Part shown: in pieces, positions 57,170-64,000 of the stretch
Layout of the letters: each line of letters opens with the position of its first letter
Numbering within the stretch: position 1 is the first letter of the stretch
Source: Candidatus Polarisedimenticolaceae bacterium
GTDB taxonomy: Bacteria; Acidobacteriota; Polarisedimenticolia; Polarisedimenticolales; DASUFT01
DNA length: 64,000 nt
Direction: 5' to 3'
Assembly (NCBI GenBank): GCA_036274395.1
Contig: DASUFT010000057.1
Location: forward strand, 79 to 64,078
Notes under the pieces: generated by a model
The model's input: only the letters and a program-made list of their open reading frames with translations
Told to the model about the DNA's origin: nothing
Database searches by the model: none
Position numbers and translations under genes: made by a program

Positions 57170-57396
57170 GGCACCTCCAGAAAGCTTCTTCCCGTCCCAC
57201 TTCCCGGTGCTCTCTTCCCGAGGTGGAGCGTAGCTTACCCCTCCACCCGCACCCCTCGATCGAGGAGCCATCGATAGCACGTTCCTGGTGGGACAGGCAC
57301 GCCTGCTGGAGGAGCTACGGGTGGAGTGGCGAGGGGGGGGAGGCAGAGCCGCGGCGGAGCCGGAGCCCCGCCGCGACCGTTTCTAGCGGGGTGCGA

Positions 57397-57783
57397 TCAT
57401 CCGAGCTTGCGGATCACCTGACGGATGCTGCGCTCGGCGCGGGTGGCGCTGTCCACGATGGGTCCGGCGCCGCGGGCCCCGGGCATCGCACCCGTGAGGG
57501 CGGCCGATTCCAGCTTGCCGCTGGTGGGGGCGGTCGGGGTCATGCTCGCGGGTGCGGAGAACGTCCCGGGGACAGGATCGATGGGGTGCGGTAGCTCCAC
57601 CGGGCCGTCTTCGTACGAGGCGTGACCGGAACTGAAGTTGACCAGCGGATGGACAGCGTTCCTGAGGTGGGGGCTGATGGGCGTGTCGTCGTAGGCCAGG
57701 GCAGCTGGGGTGGCGGCGACCAGCATCAGCGCCAAGGCGACGCCGCTGGCGGCCACCCAGAGGATCCGGACCGAGGCGTGCAT
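57397..57783 (-). CDS. Small secreted hypothetical protein (128 aa)
   Basis: The ATG is preceded by AGGAGG. Signal peptide VRILWVAASGVALALMLVAATPAALA. No recognisable domain. Confidence 0.55.
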   Translation of the reverse strand: MHASVRILWVAASGVALALMLVAATPAALAYDDTPISPHLRNAVHPLVNFSSGHASYEDGPVELPHPIDPVPGTFSAPASMTPTAPTSGKLESAALTGAMPGARGAGPIVDSATRAERSIRQVIRKLG

Positions 57784-57941
57784 GACCCCTCCTTGCGGCC
57801 GCGAGAGTGCGGCTCTCCTTCGCTTCTACGCCTGGTGTCGCCGCCGGTCAAGCCCGCTTGCAGCGGGGCGCGGTGGGGCAGCAGCGGCAAGCGTACGCGC
57901 CGCCACCTCTGCGGCTAGACTGGCCTGCGCGGAGAGGGGGG

Positions 57942-58454
57942 ATGCCAGCGACGAGGGAGAGGGCCGACCTCGAGGAGCTGTTGGCGCGCGTGCGTCGCGC
58001 GGTGGCCCGGACGTGCCCGCGCGCGCTCGCTTCGCAGGCCGACGACATCGCGCAGCTCGTCATCGTGCGTCTGCTGGAGTCGGGCCGGGCAGATGGGGGG
58101 GGCGAGCCTCCCCCGACGTCCTATCTCCTGAAGGTCGCGTGGACCGTCGCGGTGGACGAGATTCGCCGGCGGAGCCGCCGCCCCGAGGTCCGTTTGGAAG
58201 CCATGCCCTCCCCGGTCGCCCCCGAGGACCCCGAGCGCGCGGCGTCCTCGCGAGAGATCGGCGACGCCATCACCGCCTGTCTGGGCACGGTGGCGCCGTC
58301 GCGGCAGGCCACCGTGGCCCTCCAGCTCCTCGGCCACTCCGTCCCCGAGATCGCCGCCCTGCTCGGATGGTCCGGGAAGAAAACCGAGCACCTCGCCGCC
58401 CGCGGGCTTCGCGATCTGCGCGCCTGTCTCGAGAGGAAGGGGGTGATCCCGTGA
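57942..58454 (+). CDS. ECF-type RNA polymerase sigma factor (170 aa)
   Basis: The start was trimmed to MPATRERADLEELL (ATG at 57942, GGAGAGGGGGG upstream). Region 2 reads DDIAQLVIVRLL...YLLKVAWTVAVDEIRRR. Region 4 reads LGTVAPSRQATVALQLLGHSVPEIAALLGWSGKKTEHLAARGLRDLRACL. Confidence 0.85.
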   Translation: MPATRERADLEELLARVRRAVARTCPRALASQADDIAQLVIVRLLESGRADGGGEPPPTSYLLKVAWTVAVDEIRRRSRRPEVRLEAMPSPVAPEDPERAASSREIGDAITACLGTVAPSRQATVALQLLGHSVPEIAALLGWSGKKTEHLAARGLRDLRACLERKGVIP

Positions 58455-59086
58455 TCGAGGATCTGCGCGGGCCCTTCCTCGACCGGTCCGGGGTGGTCCC
58501 GCCGTGCCCGCCCGCGGAGGCGCTGTGGGATGCGGCCCACGGGCGCGGCGACAGGGCGGGGAGGGAGGCCATCGCGGCGCATCTCGCCGCGTGTCCCGCC
58601 TGCGCCTCCAGCTGGAGACTGGCGCAGGAGCTGCGCGAGCAGCCCATGGCGGCGCCGGCCGGGGGAGGGCGGCTGGGGTCGCGGCTCCTGTGGGCTCTGG
58701 CGGCGGTGGCGGCGGGTGCCGTCCTCCTGGTGTCGCCGCTGCGCGAGCGGTTCCGAGAGGGAGGGACGGAGGCTCCCGTCGTGTACCGGGCGCCCGGAGC
58801 AGGCGAGCCTGTATCCGAGATTTCCGACTTGAGCGTGTTGCCCCGGGAGGCCTTCGTGCTCCGCTGGTCGGGAGGGCCGCCGGGCACGCGATGGGACCTC
58901 GAGGTATCCGACGCGAGCCTCCGCCCGCTCCACCAGGCCGGCGGTCTGACGGCGCCCACGCAGCGTGTCCCCGCGGACGCTCTGGCTTCGCTTCCTTCCG
59001 GAGCGACGGTCCTCTGGCAGGTGCGTGCCCGTCTCCCCGATGGTCGCGTGCTGGTCTCGGAAACCTGGCGTGCGAGGCTGGAGTAG
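58451..59086 (+). CDS. Single-pass anti-sigma factor with a zf-HC2 motif (211 aa)
   Basis: There is a GTGA start/stop overlap with the sigma gene. HLAACPAC matches H-x3-C-x2-C. A TM segment (LLWALAAVAAGAVLLV) is followed by a roughly 110-aa extracytoplasmic domain. It is the in-frame C-terminal part of track ORF 57710..59086. Confidence 0.8.
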   Translation: MIEDLRGPFLDRSGVVPPCPPAEALWDAAHGRGDRAGREAIAAHLAACPACASSWRLAQELREQPMAAPAGGGRLGSRLLWALAAVAAGAVLLVSPLRERFREGGTEAPVVYRAPGAGEPVSEISDLSVLPREAFVLRWSGGPPGTRWDLEVSDASLRPLHQAGGLTAPTQRVPADALASLPSGATVLWQVRARLPDGRVLVSETWRARLE

Positions 59087-61877
59087 CGGCGCTGCGGTGC
59101 TGCTGCTGCTCGCCTCCAGCGCGGAGGCGGGATTCTCCCTGGACACGCGTGCGGTGAGGGGCCTCCCGGACTGCGAGCGGCTGGTCGCCGCCCATCCCGG
59201 GGAGCTCGACGCCTGGCGCTGCTTCGAGGTGATCGCGCTGCGCGATCACCGGGTGGCGGATGCCGCGGAGGCGCTCGAGAGGCACCGCAGGCAGGGGGCG
59301 CACGCCGCGGCCGCCGCGCTCTACCTCGGGCGCATCGAGAACGTCACGGGAGGCACGCGCGCGGGAGCGCTCCTGCGCGAGGCGGCGGAGGCCTTCGCCG
59401 CCAGCAAAGAAGCCCGCGGCGAAGTCTACGCCCGGCTCACGCTGGCCTGGGGCCTTCTCGACCGCGGGAAGACGGGCGAGGCGGACCGTGAGGTGACCCT
59501 GGCCGCGGCTCCTGCCGAGCGCGACGGCGACCCCGTGCTGCGCGCCCGCATCCGGTGGCTGGAGGCCCGCCTGGCCTTCGTCGCCGGACAAGACGCGCGA
59601 GGGCTGCGCGCCATCGAGGAGGGGCGGGCCCTCCTCCGCGAGAACGATCCCGCCGACGTGCGCCTCGGGCTCGAGAACCTGGCCGGCACCCTGGCCTGGC
59701 GAAGCGGACGGTGGGACGACGCCCTGGCCGCGTACCGTCGCGCGCTCGCCATCTCCCGGACCACGCCTTACCCGCGCTCCGCGGCGGCGGAGCTGTCGGA
59801 CATCGCCTCCGTGCTGCACGCCATGGCGGAGGAGGGGGCGGTCTCCTTCGCGGAGGCGAGCCAGGCCACCGATGCCGCCATCGAGGCCGCGCTCCAGGCC
59901 CGGGCCGACGACCTCGAGGCCGCCGCGCGCCTTCAGCGCGCCGCGGAGCGGGACCGGCCGCTCCAGGACCGCGCGCGCGAGGCTGAGCGCTGCGCGGACG
60001 TCCTGCGCGCCCGGGGGGAGACGACGCACAGGATCGAAGCGCTGAGCCTGCTCGCCGAGTTCCGCGCCGGGGAGGGCCGCCCCGCCGAGGGGGACGCGCT
60101 CCTCGAGGAGGCGGAGCGTGCCGCGCGCGCGATGGGCTCGCCCGCCGAGCTGGCCCGCGTGGCAGTGGCCCGTGCCATGGTGCGTTTCACGCGCGATGGG
60201 CCCGACGGGGCACGCCGTGAAGCGCTGGCCGCCATGGACGTGGTGGACCACGTGGCCGAGGGGCTCGCCGATCCCCTGCAGCGCGCCCGCGTGCGCGCCC
60301 GCTGGCGCCCGCTGGTCCTCGGTGTCTCGGGAGCGCTGCTGGAAGCGGGGGACGTGGAGGGCGGCTTCGCCATTGCGGAGAGGATGCGAGCCGGCGCCCT
60401 CCGGGAGGCGCTGCGGGTCAGCGAGGCGCCGGAGCGCTCCCTTCCCCCCGAGCTGGCCGCGCGCAGGCAGCGGATCCATGCCGCCACCTCCCGCCTCGGG
60501 CGCACGCTGGCCGACCCCGATCTCGCACCGGACCGGCGCCTTGCCGCGCTGGGAGAGCTCGAGCGCTGGGAGACGGCGGCGGCCGCGCTCGACGACGAGG
60601 TCGCGCGCACCGTCCCTCCTCCCGGACCCCTGCTTCCGCCGGAAGCAGAGGACCTGCGGGCGGCCCTGAGACCGGATCGCGCTCTCCTGGCGTTCCAGCT
60701 CGGGGAGCGCGAGAGGGACAGGCGGCGCTCCCCCACGCGCGGGGGCTCGTGGGTGGTGTGCGTCACGTCCCGCACCCTCAGCGCCTTCCCCCTCCCCGAT
60801 GCACCCGAGTTGGATCGCGCGGTACGCCTCTTCCTGGGGCTCGTCCCGGCGCGTGACGGAAGGGAGGCGGAAACGGCCTCGCGCCTGTTCGAGATGGTGG
60901 CGGGAGAAGCCGTGGGAGCGCTCGGTCCCGAGGTCCGGCGCCTGGTGATCGTGCCCGACGGCATCCTGCATCTCGTTCCCTTCGACGCGCTCAGGGATGG
61001 CGAGGGGCGTGCGCTGGCGGAGCGGTTCGACCTCACCGTGGCCCCCTCCGCGGCTGTGTGGCTCGAGTTGCGCACGCGACCGGAGAGCCACGCGCCGGCT
61101 CCCCTCCTTGCCGTCACCGATCCTTCGGAGGCGGGACCGCACGCCGCGCTGCGCGACGGCGGGTTCTGGAGTGAAGGGCTGCGCTTGGGACCGCTTCGCG
61201 GCGCGCGCGCCGAGGCCGCGCACGCCGCCCGACGGTTCGGCGCCGGAGGGCGGCTCCTCCAGGGAGAGGACGCCAGCGAGCGGCGGCTCAAGGAGACCGA
61301 CCTCGCGCACTACCGTGTCGTGCACCTGGCCACGCACGCGGTCGTGGACGAGCGGCACCCGGAGCGCTCCGCCGTGCTCCTCCGCCCGGGCGCGGCCGAC
61401 GAGGACGGGCTCCTCCAGCCCCGGGAGATCGCGGAGCTGCGCCTGCCCGGCGCGGTCGTCGTGCTGGCGGCGTGCGGCTCCGCCGGGGGCGAGCGCGTGG
61501 CCGGTGAGGCGCCGTACGGTCTCGCCCATGCGTTCTTCCAGGCCGGGGCCCGGGCGGTGGTCGCCTCGCTGTGGCCGCTCCGTGACGACCGGGCCGAGCG
61601 CCTGTTCGGCCAGTTCACGGAAGAGCTGGCCTCGGGCAAGAGCGTGGCGGGCGCGCTCGCCGCCGCGCGCCGCGAGCGCCGGGGAGCGGGAGAGGCGGCC
61701 GCCGACTGGGCCGGCGTGGTTGTCCTGGGTGACGGCGATTTCGTTCCCTTTCCCGGGGGGGTGCCCCGGCCCCGCGACCGGCACCAGGTGGCGCTCGCGG
61801 CAGCCGTGATGCTCGCGGTCTCTTTTTTCGGATGGTGGCTGGGGAGAAAGGGGTGGCGCGCGCGTCTTCCCTCCTGA
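59070..61877 (+). CDS. Extracytoplasmic TPR-CHAT (caspase-like) protease-domain protein (about 935 aa) with an N-terminal signal peptide and a C-terminal TM anchor
   Basis: The GTG start at 59070 gives VRGWSSGAAVLLLLASSAEA. The ATG at 59040 is an alternative. TPR/helical repeats fill the first roughly 550 aa. The CHAT dyad context is VVHLATHAVVD (His) and AVVVLAACGSAGGE (Cys). The C-terminal TM is VALAAAVMLAVSFFGWWL. Confidence 0.85.
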   Translation: MRGWSSGAAVLLLLASSAEAGFSLDTRAVRGLPDCERLVAAHPGELDAWRCFEVIALRDHRVADAAEALERHRRQGAHAAAAALYLGRIENVTGGTRAGALLREAAEAFAASKEARGEVYARLTLAWGLLDRGKTGEADREVTLAAAPAERDGDPVLRARIRWLEARLAFVAGQDARGLRAIEEGRALLRENDPADVRLGLENLAGTLAWRSGRWDDALAAYRRALAISRTTPYPRSAAAELSDIASVLHAMAEEGAVSFAEASQATDAAIEAALQARADDLEAAARLQRAAERDRPLQDRAREAERCADVLRARGETTHRIEALSLLAEFRAGEGRPAEGDALLEEAERAARAMGSPAELARVAVARAMVRFTRDGPDGARREALAAMDVVDHVAEGLADPLQRARVRARWRPLVLGVSGALLEAGDVEGGFAIAERMRAGALREALRVSEAPERSLPPELAARRQRIHAATSRLGRTLADPDLAPDRRLAALGELERWETAAAALDDEVARTVPPPGPLLPPEAEDLRAALRPDRALLAFQLGERERDRRRSPTRGGSWVVCVTSRTLSAFPLPDAPELDRAVRLFLGLVPARDGREAETASRLFEMVAGEAVGALGPEVRRLVIVPDGILHLVPFDALRDGEGRALAERFDLTVAPSAAVWLELRTRPESHAPAPLLAVTDPSEAGPHAALRDGGFWSEGLRLGPLRGARAEAAHAARRFGAGGRLLQGEDASERRLKETDLAHYRVVHLATHAVVDERHPERSAVLLRPGAADEDGLLQPREIAELRLPGAVVVLAACGSAGGERVAGEAPYGLAHAFFQAGARAVVASLWPLRDDRAERLFGQFTEELASGKSVAGALAAARRERRGAGEAAADWAGVVVLGDGDFVPFPGGVPRPRDRHQVALAAAVMLAVSFFGWWLGRKGWRARLPS

Positions 61878-61896
61878 ACACGCGAGGGAGGACGCC

Positions 61897-64000
61897 ATGG
61901 CACGACGGTCCTGGATCCTGCTGGGAGTGGCCTTGCTCGCCGCGTCGCCAGCCTTTGCAGGAGACCTCACTCGCGCCTTCGAGCCCATGGGGGAGGACCG
62001 CTACGTCCTCCGCGGCACGCGGTACGAGGCCACCGTGGGCCCCGGCGGAATCCTGCTCACCCTCCCCACGGGGGAGAGCGCGCAGATCGCCCTCGCAGCG
62101 GCAGCCGTTCCCGTCCCGCTCGAGGAGATGAGCGCACGCCTCTACCGTTGGCAGGGCAAGGGACCCGCCGAGGAGCGGCCGCTCGAAGCGGCCCTCGTCT
62201 ACCGCGGCCTTTCCTCCGGCGGCGATCTCGAGGTGCGCGGGCACGCCGGACGGATCGTCCTTTCCGGGTCCGCCGACGCCCTCCGCCTGCTCCAGCCGGA
62301 AGGCGCCGTCCGCCTCCGTCCCGACGGCGCCGGCGGTGTCCTCGTGGACGCGGACTTGGTCCCGCCGCGCTCCGCGCGTTCCAACGAGACCGTGCACGTT
62401 GCGGTGGCCAAGGACGGAACGGTCGCGGTGGCCGGCACCCTCCGTGACGGCGTCCGGCGCGCGTACGTGGCCCGGTTCGCCCCCGACGGCCGCACGCTGC
62501 TCGAGGTCACGATCCTCGGGGGGGAGACCGACACGACGGCGGAGTCGGTGAGCCTCCTTCCCGACGGAGCACTCGCCGTGGCGGCGGCCACGCAGACGGA
62601 CGCGGGGCCGCAGCCCTTCGTGGCGCGCCTGGAGCAGGGGGGCGCGAAGGTCTCCATGGAGCCGCGCGTTCCCTCGGCGGACGAGATCGAGCCCGGTCTC
62701 GTGGCCGACGCCCAGGGCGTGCGCTGGGTCGCCGGCATCGCGGACGAGGAGCCGGGGGACGAGGGGGAGATCCTCTATCCCGGCTCGCTGGGCGGGATCG
62801 GCGTCCTCTCCCGCGTCGCCCCCGCGGAGCCCCAGGCCGCCGGCTGCCCGGGGACCATCCAGTTCGACAACTCCGCCGGCACCGGTCTCTGGCAGACGGC
62901 GACCAACTGGAACCTCGATCGCCTGCCGAACGCGACCGACGACGTCTGCCTCCCGGCGGGATTCACGGTGACCCTGTCCTCGGGCACGCACGCGATCCAG
63001 TCCCTGACCACCGTGGCGGGGACCTCGCTGACGATCTCCATCGGCTCGCTCACCATCGCCCAGGCTTCGACGGCCGGCGGCCCGCTCACGGTCAGCGGTG
63101 GGACCCTGGCCGGCGCCGGCGATCTCTCGGTCGCCGGGCTCACCACCTGGACGGGGGGCACGATGGCCGGGGGTGGGATCACCACCGCCGGAGGCGGGCT
63201 CGCGCTCTCGGGGAGCGGCACGAAGGTGCTGAACCCGCGCACGCTCCGGAACCCCGCGTCGGGGAGCTGGGCGGGAGCGGGACAGTTCCAGTTCGGCGGG
63301 GGATCGGTCTTCGAGAACACGGGGACGTTCGATCTCACGGGGGATGCCACCACCAACGTCCTCGCCGGCAGTGGAAGCATCGTCAGCTCGGGCACCTTGA
63401 AGAAGTCCGGCGGTGCGGGGACGAGCACGATCCAGGTTCCGCTCACGGCCAGCGGCCCCGTGCAGGTACAAACCGGGACGCTGAGCCTGAGCGGCGGCGG
63501 CTCCCTGACGGGGGCGGTGACCGCATCCACGGGAGCGGTCCTGCGCTTCGGAGCGGGGAGCTTCACGCTCGGTCCCACGTCCTCGGTGAGCGCGGAGACG
63601 GTGCAGTTCGAGGGGGGCACGGTCTCGGTGCAGGGGAGCTACGCCGTGACGGGGACGACCTCCATCAACGGGGTGGGACCGTACGCGTTCACGTCCACGG
63701 CGACGCTGACCTCCGTCGGCGCGACCCTGACCGTCGCGCTTGGAACGGTGACCTTCGACACCGGGGAGACGGTGGCGCCGGCGACGCTGACCCTCAGCGG
63801 GGGCACGCTGGGCGGTGCGGACGCGGTGACGGTCAGCGGCCTCACCACCTGGACGGGGGGCACGATGGCCGGGGGCGGGATCACCACCGCCGGAGGAGGG
63901 CTTGCGCTTTCCGGGAGCGCCGCCAAGATCCTGAACCCGCGCACGCTCCGCAACCCCGGCGCGGGGAGCTGGGGGGGGGCGGGGCAGTTCCAGTTCGGCG
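61897..64000 (+). CDS. Giant secreted repeat protein, 5' complete, running off the right edge (>701 aa). It is a paralog of the left-edge gene, with an N-terminal propeller-like region followed by autotransporter-like beta-strand repeats.
   Basis: Absent from the ORF track because it has no stop in the window. The ATG at 61897 follows GAGGGAGG, 19 nt after the CHAT stop. Hand translation gives MARRSWILLGVALLAASPAFA... The frame stays open to 64000 and carries LTVSGGTLAGAGDLSVAGLTTWTGGTMAGGGITTAGGGLALSGSGTKVLNPRTLRNP... repeats. Track ORFs in this area are in other frames or on the other strand. Confidence 0.75.
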   Translation, partial: MARRSWILLGVALLAASPAFAGDLTRAFEPMGEDRYVLRGTRYEATVGPGGILLTLPTGESAQIALAAAAVPVPLEEMSARLYRWQGKGPAEERPLEAALVYRGLSSGGDLEVRGHAGRIVLSGSADALRLLQPEGAVRLRPDGAGGVLVDADLVPPRSARSNETVHVAVAKDGTVAVAGTLRDGVRRAYVARFAPDGRTLLEVTILGGETDTTAESVSLLPDGALAVAAATQTDAGPQPFVARLEQGGAKVSMEPRVPSADEIEPGLVADAQGVRWVAGIADEEPGDEGEILYPGSLGGIGVLSRVAPAEPQAAGCPGTIQFDNSAGTGLWQTATNWNLDRLPNATDDVCLPAGFTVTLSSGTHAIQSLTTVAGTSLTISIGSLTIAQASTAGGPLTVSGGTLAGAGDLSVAGLTTWTGGTMAGGGITTAGGGLALSGSGTKVLNPRTLRNPASGSWAGAGQFQFGGGSVFENTGTFDLTGDATTNVLAGSGSIVSSGTLKKSGGAGTSTIQVPLTASGPVQVQTGTLSLSGGGSLTGAVTASTGAVLRFGAGSFTLGPTSSVSAETVQFEGGTVSVQGSYAVTGTTSINGVGPYAFTSTATLTSVGATLTVALGTVTFDTGETVAPATLTLSGGTLGGADAVTVSGLTTWTGGTMAGGGITTAGGGLALSGSAAKILNPRTLRNPGAGSWGGAGQFQFG
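63080..64000 (+). repeat. In-frame tandem duplication with a 702-bp (234-aa) period inside the right-edge gene
   Basis: ctcaccacctggacggggggcacgatggccggggg occurs at 63139 and again at 63841. The flanking 150-170 bp are near-identical: ...atcaccaccgccggagg.gggct.gcgct.tc.gggagcg.c...ctgaacccgcgcacgctccg.aaccccg...cagttccagttcggcg. Confidence 0.8.

Noticed and set aside
57170-57396. Track ORF 57223..57594 (+, 123 aa) and possible hairpins in the 227-bp spacer upstream of the XRE-TPR regulator
   Set aside because: The ORF is low-complexity and overlaps the better-supported minus-strand secreted-protein gene, which has a ribosome-binding site and a signal peptide. The hairpins are short (6 bp) with long loops and are not distinguishable from background.
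28256-63620. Other long shadow ORFs (28256..30745, 31618..36285, 38356..40419, 38406..40283, 42439..44943, 48158..50086, 50751..54296, 57915..61988, 61615..63471, 62775..63620)
   Set aside because: The reasoning is the same. Each overlaps a gene with clear motifs (TPR lipoproteins, BlaR1, CoA-transferase, M64, BNR, beta-helix, CHAT, repeat protein) and itself has only low-complexity sequence.
1-64000. Mobile element, genomic island, prophage, tRNA, rRNA or CRISPR content
   Set aside because: I saw no integrase, transposase or recombinase motifs, no phage structural genes, no flanking direct repeats and no tRNA-like T-arm sequences. There is no obvious GC discontinuity apart from short AT-enriched promoter/operator patches, and all tandem repeats are coding. 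A proper tRNA/IS scan was not possible here.

Overview
High-GC (about 70%) bacterial chromosomal segment. It is densely coding, and about 45 genes can be supported. I found no rRNA, tRNA, CRISPR array, transposase or integrase. Because of the GC content the six-frame track is full of long shadow ORFs rich in R/G/A/P. I kept only frames with recognisable domain motifs, signal peptides, ribosome-binding sites or coupled start/stop junctions, and trimmed several starts. Three genes are missing from the track and were translated by hand: two giant genes that run off the window edges (1..3898 minus, 61897..64000 plus) and a 57-aa Cys-rich peptide (14458..14631 minus). The domain repertoire (AgmX/PglI-type TonB-like domain, MopE-like and thrombospondin type 3 repeats, DUF2914, many ECF sigma factors) suggests Myxococcota or a related uncultured lineage, but that assignment is inference only.

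Content from left to right:
- A giant secreted propeller/repeat protein and an alpha/beta hydrolase.
- A kaiC-like ATPase plus histidine kinase operon, bracketed by two paralogous secreted TonB-C-like proteins, followed by an ECF sigma factor.
- A 24-kb run of minus-strand genes (33888 down to 9621). It starts with a nine-gene, translationally coupled TolQR/ExbBD plus TonB-like plus TPR envelope machine. This resembles the core of the Myxococcus Agl-Glt/Nfs machines and has no TonB-dependent receptor. Next come a 1671-aa DUF11/SdrD-B adhesin, a 1670-aa triple-OmpA outer-membrane protein, the Cys-rich peptide, a phospholipase-A2-like protein, an M14 carboxypeptidase and an unknown secreted protein.
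- A BlaI/BlaR1-like module with an S9-type hydrolase, a GT2 glycosyltransferase, a CoA-transferase-GNAT fusion and a Wza-like export protein.
- An M64 metalloprotease with TSP3 repeats.
- A DsbA-like gene with an in-frame TGA exactly at the first Cys of its CxxC motif, which is probably a selenoprotein.
- A DUF2914 gene pair, a sortilin/BNR propeller and a 1561-aa FG-GAP plus beta-helix plus TSP3 protein.
- An XRE-TPR regulator and an ECF sigma / anti-sigma / TPR-CHAT protease / giant repeat protein operon.

The most notable cross-cutting signal is a roughly 95-aa C-terminal module ending in C-P-stop. Five otherwise unrelated secreted enzymes in this window share it.
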